Below, in pieces: positions 19,161 through 28,091 of a stretch of 64,000 nucleotides of DNA. Origin of the DNA: an uncultured Acidobacteriota bacterium (lineage in GTDB: Bacteria; Acidobacteriota; JAQAZP01). The notes below the pieces were generated by a model. That model was not told where the DNA came from and ran no database searches. It was given only the letters and a program-made list of their open reading frames with translations. The stretch is from positions 1,504,001 to 1,568,000 of the forward strand of contig CAWIIB010000009.1 in assembly GCA_963836075.1 (NCBI GenBank), read 5' to 3'. The position numbers were made by a program, and so were the translations under genes. How positions within the stretch are numbered: position 1 is the stretch's first letter; every line of letters starts with the position of its first letter.

Positions 19161-21448
19161 GAGGGTTCCGCCGTGGCCGGCCCCACCGGCAGCTGAATGA
19201 TCACCCTGGTTCCGCGGGGCGTATTGTCGATGAGGCGGATGGTGCCGCCGTGGTCGGAGATGATCCGCTGGACTATGGCCAGCCCCAGCCCGGTCCCCTT
19301 CTTCTTGGTTGAGAAGTAGGGGACGAAGAGCTTGTCCCGAACCTCGGGCGGGATGCCGGGCCCGTCGTCGGCGAGGGTGATCCGGATCTGCCCCAGCTGC
19401 CGCAGGTATTTCGTGCTGATCTCCAGCCGGCCCTGCCCGTGCATCGCCTGGATCGCGTTCTCCACCAGGTTCATCAACGCCCGCCGCAACTGCTCCTTGT
19501 CCATCTGGAAGCGCGGCACGTCAGCGTCGAAATCGGTACTGAACTCCAGCTTTTCGTGAGTGCCGTTGTAGGCGGTGATGGTGGTCTGGATGATCTCGTG
19601 GAGGCTGGCCTCGCGCCGCTTCATCACCGGCATCCGCGCGTAGCGGGTGAACTCGCTCACCAGCTGTTTCAGCGCGGCCACTTCATGCTGGATGGTGGTC
19701 GTGCACTCCTGGACCATTTCCGAACAGTCACCGCCCTCGGCCAGCTTGCGCTGAATCCGCTGGGCGCTGAGCTGGATCGGGGTCAGCGGGTTCTTGATCT
19801 CGTGGGCGATCCGCTGCGCCACCTCCTGCCAGGCCTCGGCCCGCTGCACCTTGATCACCTGGGTCAGGTCGTCGAAGACCACCACCATGCCGCTGTATTT
19901 CCCCTCCTTGCTCTTCAGCGAGGTCAGGGTCAGGGCCAGGTTGCGGGTGATCCCATCGGTGTTCAGGGTCAGCACCTTCTTCAGCGAGAGGTCGTTGATC
20001 CTCAGCGCCCGGGTGATGGTGGCACGCACCTCACCCAGCTTCTCCCCGGCGAGGATCTCCTCCACCGGGATCCCGTTGAACGACTTGCCGGAGTCGAGGC
20101 CGAGGAATGTTCGGGCGGAGTGGTTGATCGTGGTCACCCGGTCCTCATGGTCCAGTGAGAAAACGCCGGTGGAGATGTTGTTCAACACGGTGGACATGTA
20201 GCGGCCGCGCTCATCCAGCTCGCGGTTGCTGCCCCGCAGTTCCCGGGCCGCCTGTTCAAGCTCTGCCTGGGAGCGCTGGAGCTGTTCGGTCATGGTGTTG
20301 AACGACTGGACCAGGATCCCCACCTCGTCTCCCGCCTTGACGTCCACCCGGTAGTCGAGGTTGCCGCTGGAAACCTCCTTGGTGCCCTCGGCCAGCAGCT
20401 GGATCGGCACGGTGATCTCCTTGGCCAGGGTTCGCCCGATCCAGAGGGCGGCGAAAAGAATCACCAGGGTGATGGTGAGGAAGGTGAACGTATAGGTGCG
20501 AACCGTCTCCTCTCTGAAGGCCCGTGCCCTCTGGTAGCGCTCCGATGCGCTGGTCACTTCCGTTACCGGGCGGCCGATGGCGTCCGGCACCCTCAATCCG
20601 GTGACCAGGGCCAGCCGGTTCCAGCCGCCGCCCTGCCGGGGGATGTGGCTGGATCCGCTGAGCACCAGGATACCGCCTCCCTCCAGCTCCACAAACTTTT
20701 GCCCCTCCCGCCCCTGCAGCAGGTCATCCACCAGATCCCTGAAGTAGATGTTCTCCAGTGCCGCCGGCTCCAGCGGGGCCCGGGTGACCACCACCACCGG
20801 CGTGCTGCCCCACCAGGCGGTGATCTGGTTCAGTCCGTAGAGATCGATCTGCTGTTCCAGCACGTCGCGCATCCGCTGGATCGATTGCGGGGTCAGGCTG
20901 CCGTCCTGTCGCGTGTAGCGGCGGGTTGTCTCCAGCTCCCGTCCCATGTTGGCGGCGAACAGGGCGCAGCGGTCCGCCTGCTCCTCGAGATAGCCGTCCA
21001 CGGCCTCCTGGGTCCGCTCCAGCACCGATTCCAGGTCGGTGTTGAACCACTGGCTGACGCTGTCGTTGATGAAGTCGTAGGCGACGAAGAAGATAAAGAT
21101 GGAGGGGATCACCGACAGGCCGAGAAAGGCCAGCACCAGCTTGGTCCGGAAGCGCGACCCGAGCACCTTGCGCCGCCGCTCCAGCACCAGCTTCACCAGG
21201 TCCCGGAAGAGAATGAAGAGGAGGATCAGGATCAGCAACAGATTGACAAAGGAGAGGACGGCCATGAACTCGCCGGTCATGTACGCCGGACGCAGCCGGC
21301 CCACCTTGACCACCAGGCGCAGAATGAGGAACAGGATCACCGCCAGGGTGAGCACGCTGCCCAGCACCCAGAGCAGCACCACCCGTCCGCGATTTTCCTT
21401 TCCCTCGGTGGGAGGCGGGCTCGGTTGGATATCGACGATCCGGTTCAT
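19157..21448 (-). CDS. NtrY-like sensor histidine kinase (TM-HAMP-PAS-HisKA-HATPase)
   Basis: GSRFRTKLV, HAMP, AWQEVAQRIAHEIKNPLTPIQLSA, DDGPGI, PYFSTKKKGTGLGL. Confidence 0.92.
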   Translation of the reverse strand: MNRIVDIQPSPPPTEGKENRGRVVLLWVLGSVLTLAVILFLILRLVVKVGRLRPAYMTGEFMAVLSFVNLLLILILLFILFRDLVKLVLERRRKVLGSRFRTKLVLAFLGLSVIPSIFIFFVAYDFINDSVSQWFNTDLESVLERTQEAVDGYLEEQADRCALFAANMGRELETTRRYTRQDGSLTPQSIQRMRDVLEQQIDLYGLNQITAWWGSTPVVVVTRAPLEPAALENIYFRDLVDDLLQGREGQKFVELEGGGILVLSGSSHIPRQGGGWNRLALVTGLRVPDAIGRPVTEVTSASERYQRARAFREETVRTYTFTFLTITLVILFAALWIGRTLAKEITVPIQLLAEGTKEVSSGNLDYRVDVKAGDEVGILVQSFNTMTEQLQRSQAELEQAARELRGSNRELDERGRYMSTVLNNISTGVFSLDHEDRVTTINHSARTFLGLDSGKSFNGIPVEEILAGEKLGEVRATITRALRINDLSLKKVLTLNTDGITRNLALTLTSLKSKEGKYSGMVVVFDDLTQVIKVQRAEAWQEVAQRIAHEIKNPLTPIQLSAQRIQRKLAEGGDCSEMVQECTTTIQHEVAALKQLVSEFTRYARMPVMKRREASLHEIIQTTITAYNGTHEKLEFSTDFDADVPRFQMDKEQLRRALMNLVENAIQAMHGQGRLEISTKYLRQLGQIRITLADDGPGIPPEVRDKLFVPYFSTKKKGTGLGLAIVQRIISDHGGTIRLIDNTPRGTRVIIQLPVGPATAEPS

Positions 21449-21494
21449 CGGTTCAGGGCCTCGGGATTCATCACCGGCAGGTGTCGGGAGCCGT

Positions 21495-22055
21495 TCACGG
21501 TCCGTGGGGCAGCTCCTTCCTCCGCCAGACGGTGTCGAAACTCCAGGGAATGATGGCCATGGCATAGTCGGACTGGATCACCGCTTTGGCCCTGACGTAG
21601 TACTCCCGGTGTGACTTCGGCACGAAGTCCGGAAAAGCGATGGTGCTCACGTTGGTCATCCAGCGGCGCATGTCGTCTTCGCGGGTTGTGGTGAGCGAGC
21701 CTTCCGGTTCACCATCCACGGTCCGGGTCAGGTGGTACTCCCTGGTCAGCCGGTCATACCGTACGGAGGTCTTGATCTGCTGCTGGTTGCGGATGTAATC
21801 GGGATAGAGGACCCGGACCCGGTAGAGACGGATGTGATAGGTGAAGCTCACATCACCGCCGCTCTGGATCTTGTCCCGCACGTCGGCCCGGAAGGCCCGG
21901 TAGAGGTGAAACTGAACATTGATCCCGCCCCCCTGCCGCATCGACACGCGGAACTCACGGATTTTCGCCGTTTTCTTGGTCAGGAAGCCCAGTTGGACCG
22001 AGGACAGGGCGATGAGCACGAGAAGACACAATACACTGCCGATCAGTCGTTTCAT
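21495..22055 (-). CDS. DUF4390-type periplasmic protein
   Basis: Signal peptide; F-Y-I-L and V-YD-LTREY motifs; position immediately upstream of an NtrY-like kinase is typical. Confidence 0.7.
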   Translation of the reverse strand: MKRLIGSVLCLLVLIALSSVQLGFLTKKTAKIREFRVSMRQGGGINVQFHLYRAFRADVRDKIQSGGDVSFTYHIRLYRVRVLYPDYIRNQQQIKTSVRYDRLTREYHLTRTVDGEPEGSLTTTREDDMRRWMTNVSTIAFPDFVPKSHREYYVRAKAVIQSDYAMAIIPWSFDTVWRRKELPHGP

Positions 22056-22141
22056 CGCTGCCCACTGCTCCCGTGCCGGTGATGTCGTTCATTGAAATGT
22101 ATCTTATGGACTGCGAAAACACAAGATCCGCGGAACGCCGC

Positions 22142-23077
22142 TCAGGTGATGGGCCCGGACAGGACTTCGGAGAGCCGCCCGCGGAAGCTGTACCACTTGC
22201 CCAGCCAGTGCAGCAGCTGGATGGTCAGCGCGGTGCGCAGGTCGGGATGTAGGCCACCCTGAAAGCGGGGGCGGAAGGCGTGGACCCCGGGCCAGAAGAG
22301 GAGCGGGATGGTGGCCAGAGCGGCCGGAATACCGTTGGCCAGGCGGCCCCAGGCCGAGCGGGCCGCGGCGATCCGGGCCCGTCCGCGGCCGGTGCGGATT
22401 TTTTTCTCCCGGAACTGGGCCAAAGTGGTGCGTGCGGGGTGGGCCACCGCCGCCGCGGGGAGGTAGGTGATTTTCCCGCCCGCGTCCCGGACCCGCCGGC
22501 AGAAATCCACGTCCGCCCCGGAAACCCAGTCCTCGGCAAAACAGCCCGCCTCCTCGGCCAGCTGGCGGGTGACGAAGAGGTTGGCGGTCACCCCATAGCC
22601 GCCCTCCCGGACGTAACGCTCCTGCAGCATGTTGTGCAGCTTGTCGTAGATGGCAAAGATGCCCGGGTCCTCGGGCAGGACGATCTCCACCTCGCCGGCA
22701 GCCAGCCACGGTCCCCCGCCGGCTGACAGACCGTCGGCCCCGGCTGCGAGCCAGCCCGGCCGGGGTTCGGTGTCGGCATCGGTGAAGGCGAGAAACCGGC
22801 CCCGGGAATGCCTGATGCCCCGGTTGCGGGCGGCGTAAGATGAGGGCTGCTCTTCAAAGAGCAGGATGGCTCCCGGAAAGCGGTTGACCCGCTGCCGGGA
22901 GTCCTCGGGTGAACCGTTGTCCACCACCAGCAGTTCGAAGGTCCACGGCCCGGCTTCCTGGGCCTGGACCGCGGCCAGGCAGCGGTCCAGCGCCTCGCCC
23001 CCGTCCCGCACCGGGATGATCACCGAGATGTCGGGTGCGGGGGAGGCGCTGCCGTCGTCCCGGGGCTCAGTCGACAT
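22142..23077 (-). CDS. Family 2 glycosyltransferase
   Basis: ISVIIPV, VVDNGS, SYAARNRG, AFTDAD, SGADVDF. Confidence 0.9.
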   Translation of the reverse strand: MSTEPRDDGSASPAPDISVIIPVRDGGEALDRCLAAVQAQEAGPWTFELLVVDNGSPEDSRQRVNRFPGAILLFEEQPSSYAARNRGIRHSRGRFLAFTDADTEPRPGWLAAGADGLSAGGGPWLAAGEVEIVLPEDPGIFAIYDKLHNMLQERYVREGGYGVTANLFVTRQLAEEAGCFAEDWVSGADVDFCRRVRDAGGKITYLPAAAVAHPARTTLAQFREKKIRTGRGRARIAAARSAWGRLANGIPAALATIPLLFWPGVHAFRPRFQGGLHPDLRTALTIQLLHWLGKWYSFRGRLSEVLSGPIT

Positions 23078-24317
23078 TTACATACTCCGGTCCGCTCAGA
23101 CGCATCCGGATCTGCCGCTGAAGCTCCGCCGCCGACCGCCGGCACTCGAACTCGGTTTCCACCTTGTCCCGCCCGGCCCGGCCCAGGGCCCTGCGCTCCC
23201 CGGCGGACATGGCCGCCAGGTCGGCCAGGGCCTTGGCCAGCCCCACCAGGTCCTCCGGTTCCACCAGCCGGCCGTGAAGGCCGTCCTCCACCAGTTCCGG
23301 AATTCCAGAGAGGTTGGTGGTGATCACCGGCAGCTCCATGGCCATCGCCTCCATCAGCGAGGCGGGGATGCCGTCCATGTCCCCTTCCGGCGACCGGCGG
23401 CAGGCCAGGGCGAAAATATCCGCCGACGCCAGCTCCCCGAACACCTGTTCACCGGAAAGGGCCCCGAGAAGGCTGACGGTGCAGCCGCTCCCCGGCGCTT
23501 CTTCGGCTATCCGGTGAAGTGCGGCCTCATCCGGGCCCTCACCGGCGATGCGGATCTCCAGCGGCCGGTCCCTGCTGGCCGCCAGACGGCCGGCCTGGAG
23601 CAGCAGGTCATGTCCCTTCTTGGCGATCAGCCGCCCCACCGAGATCACCCGCAGCGGTTCACCGTCACCCGGGCCGGGGAGGCGGCCCTCGGTGTCCCAG
23701 GGGCGGAATCGAGTGGTGTCCACCCCCACCCGGACCAGGGGAAAGTGCTCCCGGCCCAGTACGCCGAAGCGCTCCAGGCACCAGCGGCGGTTGTGCTCGC
23801 TGATGGTGGCCACGAACGAGGCATGGACCATCTTGTCCCCCAGCAGCCGGGGGTGCTCCCAGAGGTCGTGGGCGTGCGGGGTGAAGCTGTAGGGGATGCC
23901 GGTGAGCATGGAGACCAGCATGGCCATCTCGGTCCCCTGGTCGGCGAAGTGGCTGTGCAGCCACTTCGCACCCTGACGGTGCACCCGGGAGGCGACCCGC
24001 GGAGCGGTAAAGAAGAGCGCCAGCGACTGCCGGTCGGCCCGGGCGAGGACGAAGAACAGGGTTTTGAAGTAGCGGGCCGGTGAGCGCAGCTTCCACTTCA
24101 CGTGGTGCAGAAACGCGTTGAACCGAGCCGCGGCGCTGCCGGCAGGGAGCCGCCAGCAGGGAATCCCGGCCGTGATGTCCTCGTCCGCCGGCCCGGGGGG
24201 GCTGCCGAGGGCCGCCACCTGCACCTCGTTCCCCTGGGCCTGGAGTTCGCGCAGCTCCAGTGGGATCCAGGTCTGGGTCAGCACGGGAAAGGCGTTGAGA
24301 ATGTAGACGATCTTCAT
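23067..24317 (-). CDS. Family 4 glycosyltransferase (WcaL-like)
   Basis: FPVLTQTWI..E, LHSHFA, HAHD, SVGRLIAKKG, DGIPASLMEAMA, SGIPELV. Confidence 0.92.
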   Translation of the reverse strand: MKIVYILNAFPVLTQTWIPLELRELQAQGNEVQVAALGSPPGPADEDITAGIPCWRLPAGSAAARFNAFLHHVKWKLRSPARYFKTLFFVLARADRQSLALFFTAPRVASRVHRQGAKWLHSHFADQGTEMAMLVSMLTGIPYSFTPHAHDLWEHPRLLGDKMVHASFVATISEHNRRWCLERFGVLGREHFPLVRVGVDTTRFRPWDTEGRLPGPGDGEPLRVISVGRLIAKKGHDLLLQAGRLAASRDRPLEIRIAGEGPDEAALHRIAEEAPGSGCTVSLLGALSGEQVFGELASADIFALACRRSPEGDMDGIPASLMEAMAMELPVITTNLSGIPELVEDGLHGRLVEPEDLVGLAKALADLAAMSAGERRALGRAGRDKVETEFECRRSAAELQRQIRMRLSGPEYVNVD

Positions 24318-24583
24318 CGGTGATGCGAACCCCCGGTTGGCCGTACTCTATGGCCGGGCCGCGAGAGTGTCAAGGCTGGGACAGAGACGGCATCAGCCGG
24401 GAGAGGACATGCCGGCCCGGTGCCCGCAGGATCAGGGCGAGCGTCTCCGGAGTTTTTGTCGGATCAAGAATACCTGCCGGTTCTCCGATGAGAAATAGAG
24501 GGACGGATCCGTCAGCCCGCCCAGTTGGACAGTGGTGGGGTAGCAGGCGAAGCACCGTGCCCCCCGCCCTCATCCGGAGCGTC

Positions 24584-26470
24584 ATGAGCAACGAACAAGA
24601 CGATCGTAAACGGCAGCTGGAATGTGCGGTGCAGGCCCGCCGTGACGCTGAATCCCGCCTGGAAGCAATGGAAGAAAAGCTCCAGCGGATGGAGGACGAA
24701 CTGCATTCGGTGCGCCAGGAGGTCGGATCGGCGCATCGGGCCAAGAGCCTCTTTCTGGCCAGAATGAGCCACGAGATCCGCACCCCGATCAACGCGGTGA
24801 TCGGTATGACCCGGATGGCATTGGAGTCCGAAGTATCCGAAGAGCAGCATCATTTTCTCACCACCGTCAAGAACACCTCCGAAACACTGATCAGCCTGGT
24901 GAACAATGTTCTCGACTACTCCAAGATCGAAGTGGGCGAACTGGACATGGAAGCAGTGGACTTCGACATGCGCTACCTGGTGGAGAGCGTGATGGACCGG
25001 GTGGTGTCCCGGGTGCCCGGCAACGAACTGGAGCATTTCTGCATGGTGGACGCTGATGTCCCGCTCCGCCTGACCGGTGATCCCACCCGGTTGAGGCAGA
25101 TTCTGATCAACCTGCTGGGCAATGCGGTGAAGTTCACCGGCCAGGGCGAAGTGGTTTTGCGAGTTGGTGTGGAGAGCAGGGACGAGGCGGGAGTGTCACT
25201 TGCCTTCTCGGTGACCGACAGCGGCGAGGGGATTCCGACCGAACGCCTGGCCCGGATCTTCGATGTCTTCATGCCGGCGGATAGCCTGAACCACCAGGAG
25301 TTCAACCGGGCGGGGCTGGGGCTCTCCATCTCCAGGCAACTGGTGAAGATGATGGGCGGGGAGATGACCGTGGAAAGTGAAGTGGGCCGCGGCAGCACCT
25401 TTCGATTCACCGCCCGGTTCGAGGAGCCGGTTTCGGCAAGCGAACGGCAGGCAATCGCCGGGCCGGTGGCCGGCACCAGTGTGCTGGTGGCGGGGCCGGC
25501 AGGAATCCCCCGGCGGGTGCTGTGCGGGATGCTCACCTCCATGAGTCTCATACCCCGGGAAGTGGGGAACGGTGGGACCGCGCTGGCCGCTCTGCACCGC
25601 TGTGTGGAGAAAGAGGAGCCGTTGCCGCTGCTCCTGGCGGACGATCAGTTGCCCGACATGGGCGCAGCCCAACTGGTCAGGCAGATTCGTGAAGATCAGC
25701 TGGTCCGGGAGACCCGGTTGATCATTCTCTCTTCACACGGGACACGGGGTGAAGTGAATGAATACCGGCAGGCCGGTGTGGACGGCTACCTGATCAAGCC
25801 GGTGAGCCGGTCGCTTCTCTTCGATGCTGTTTCGGCAGTGGTGGCGCTTCCCGCACGAGGGGAAGTGGGGCGGGAGATGGTCACCAGGCACAGCCTCGAG
25901 GAGTCGAAGTCGAGGCGGGCATGGATCCTGCTGGCCGAAGGTGATCCCGGTGAGCAGAAACAGGTGATCCGGATGCTGCGCGGCACCGGGCTGCAGGTGG
26001 GCATTGCCGCCAACGGACGGGCGGCGATGGAAGCAGCGTCTTCCTCGGCCTGGGACCTGATGCTGATCGGTTTCCGTCTCCCGGTGATGGGCGGCCCGGA
26101 AGTCACGGAGGCGATCCGGGCGCAGGAGGATCCCTCCGACCGGCGTCTGCCGATCATCGCCCTGATGTCGGCTCCCTCCGCCGGTGACATGGAAGCCTGC
26201 CTCTCAGCCGGCATGGACGGTTACCTGACCCGGCCACTGGACACCGATCAGCTCTGGGCCACCCTGCGGCGATGGCTGAAGCCGGTGCCGGGAAAGCCGG
26301 CCGTTGACCCGGCCGAGGCGCCGCCGGCATGCTCCTCGGCGGCGCCGGAGGGCATTTTCCCGGAACCGGTTCTCCAGCACCGGATCTGGACATGGCGTTC
26401 AACCGTGAACCGGCGGATATCCCCCTCACCGGCACACTCCGCGGTTCGTTCCACTCTCCATCGCCGGTAA
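24584..26470 (+). CDS. Cytoplasmic hybrid histidine kinase with two degenerate receiver domains
   Basis: MSHEIRTPIN H-box, LINLLGNAVKFT N-box, DSGEGI, AGLGLSI; two REC-like domains; GGAG RBS before the ATG at 24584. Confidence 0.88.
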   Translation: MSNEQDDRKRQLECAVQARRDAESRLEAMEEKLQRMEDELHSVRQEVGSAHRAKSLFLARMSHEIRTPINAVIGMTRMALESEVSEEQHHFLTTVKNTSETLISLVNNVLDYSKIEVGELDMEAVDFDMRYLVESVMDRVVSRVPGNELEHFCMVDADVPLRLTGDPTRLRQILINLLGNAVKFTGQGEVVLRVGVESRDEAGVSLAFSVTDSGEGIPTERLARIFDVFMPADSLNHQEFNRAGLGLSISRQLVKMMGGEMTVESEVGRGSTFRFTARFEEPVSASERQAIAGPVAGTSVLVAGPAGIPRRVLCGMLTSMSLIPREVGNGGTALAALHRCVEKEEPLPLLLADDQLPDMGAAQLVRQIREDQLVRETRLIILSSHGTRGEVNEYRQAGVDGYLIKPVSRSLLFDAVSAVVALPARGEVGREMVTRHSLEESKSRRAWILLAEGDPGEQKQVIRMLRGTGLQVGIAANGRAAMEAASSSAWDLMLIGFRLPVMGGPEVTEAIRAQEDPSDRRLPIIALMSAPSAGDMEACLSAGMDGYLTRPLDTDQLWATLRRWLKPVPGKPAVDPAEAPPACSSAAPEGIFPEPVLQHRIWTWRSTVNRRISPSPAHSAVRSTLHRR

Positions 26471-26516
26471 GTGTGTATACTTGTGACGGTAGACCGCCCG
26501 AGGAGCCGGCAACCCC

Positions 26517-28091
26517 ATGTTTATCGCACTCGAAACTTCCGAGAAGCCGGAACTTCACGTACCGGTGAGCAAAAAGCTGGTGATCATCAACTCCACCAGC
26601 TCCCTCGTCACCCACCTGCTCAATGTGGGCGTACTGATCTGGCTCCAGCCCTTCCTCCTCGCCCGGGTGAGCATCGAGGAATACGCCCTCTACCCGGTGG
26701 TGGTGGCGCCGCTGGTCTTCGTGCCCCTGCTGAGCACCATCCTCACCGGCGGCCTGGGCCGCTTCGGGGTGGAGGCATACGCCAGGGGGAACCGGGAGAG
26801 GATCACTGAAATCGTCTCCACCATGTTCCCCCTGCTGGCCGGGGCCAGCCTGCTGATCATGATCCTCGGCACCCTCTTTGCCTGGAAAGTGGAGCACCTC
26901 CTCGAAATCGCGCCGCCGCTGGTGCCCGACGCCAGGATGATGCTGCTGCTCCTGGTGGCTGCCGCATCCCTGCGGGTATTGCTCTCCCCCTTCGAGATCG
27001 GTCTCTTCATCCGCCAGAAGTTCGTGCTGATGAACGTGATCCTGGTGGGCACGCAGTTCCTTCGCCTGGCCCTGCTGATGGCTCTGCTCTTCGGGGTCAG
27101 CCCGCGGGTGCTCTGGCTGGTGGTGGCTGCGGTGGTCGCCGACAGCCTGGGGCTGATCGTCGCCGTGATCCTCTCCCGCCGCTGCGTGCCGTCCCTCCGC
27201 TTCCGCTTCCGCTCCTACCGCTGGGGGTGCGCGCCGGAGCTGATCTCCTTTGGCGGCTGGACCTTCGTCATGCAGGCGGCCGGCACTCTGCGGCGCGGGA
27301 TCGTACCGATCCTGCTGAACAAGCTCTCCACCGCGCTGCAGGTCTCCTGTTTCTACCTCGGTTCCATCGCCATGCAACAGATCCAGTACATGACCTACCT
27401 GGGCACCCAGCCGCTGCTGCCGGCCATGGTGGCGATGCACACCCGCAACGACCGCAACGGGCTGGCCGACGTCTATCTCCGCGGCGGGCGCTTCGGCCTC
27501 TGGTTCGCCACCTTCGTCTGTCTGCCCCTGGTGGTGTTCAGCCGCGAACTGTTCACCATCTACGTCGGTTCCGGGTATCTTGACGCCGCCCTGGTGATGG
27601 CCCTGTTGCTGGCGGCGCTGCCGCTGCAGTTCGGCAACCTGATGCTGGGCCGGCTGGCCATGGCCACCAACCAGATCAAGCGCTTCTCCTTTCAGGTGCT
27701 GATCAACCAGACACTGGGTCTGATTATCGCCACCACACTCATCTGGGGCTGCGGCATGGGGGCGCTGGGCGGCGCCATCGGCAGCGTCTTCCCCCTGCTG
27801 GTGATGCAGCCGGCGGTGATGTGGCGCATGGGCCGCCGGCTGGCCGGGGTGACCTTTGCCCAGTGGATGCGCACCACGGTGATTCCCGGAGTGATCCCGG
27901 GCCTGGTCGGCCTGCCTGCCTGGCTGGCCGTGGAGCAGTTCCTGCCCCAGCGGAACTGGCGGGAACTGATCCTGGGGGGGGTGCCCGGTGCGCTGCTCTT
28001 TCTTGCCGGGCTGCTCCTCTTCAGTCTGACATCCCAGGACAGAGCTGATCTGCGGACGATTTTGCGACGCTTCGGGTGGCGTGCTATTTGA
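26517..28091 (+). CDS. Oligosaccharide/polysaccharide flippase (Wzx/MOP family)
   Basis: ~12-14 TM helices; N-terminal 'N..SSL...LL..V..EEY.LY' pattern, ELISFGGW. Start may be GTG 26565. Confidence 0.8.
   Translation: MFIALETSEKPELHVPVSKKLVIINSTSSLVTHLLNVGVLIWLQPFLLARVSIEEYALYPVVVAPLVFVPLLSTILTGGLGRFGVEAYARGNRERITEIVSTMFPLLAGASLLIMILGTLFAWKVEHLLEIAPPLVPDARMMLLLLVAAASLRVLLSPFEIGLFIRQKFVLMNVILVGTQFLRLALLMALLFGVSPRVLWLVVAAVVADSLGLIVAVILSRRCVPSLRFRFRSYRWGCAPELISFGGWTFVMQAAGTLRRGIVPILLNKLSTALQVSCFYLGSIAMQQIQYMTYLGTQPLLPAMVAMHTRNDRNGLADVYLRGGRFGLWFATFVCLPLVVFSRELFTIYVGSGYLDAALVMALLLAALPLQFGNLMLGRLAMATNQIKRFSFQVLINQTLGLIIATTLIWGCGMGALGGAIGSVFPLLVMQPAVMWRMGRRLAGVTFAQWMRTTVIPGVIPGLVGLPAWLAVEQFLPQRNWRELILGGVPGALLFLAGLLLFSLTSQDRADLRTILRRFGWRAI

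Noticed and set aside
24320-24583. Extended N-termini of several ORF-track calls (e.g. 24320, 36607, 21565, 37565, 46612)
   Set aside because: The extensions overlap neighbours or promoter gaps and are non-homologous. Downstream starts with an RBS or family-typical N-termini were used instead.
26280-26470. Frameshift hiding an HPt domain at the end of the hybrid kinase
   Set aside because: Alternative frames show no H-x-x-K-G HPt motif and the space is too short.
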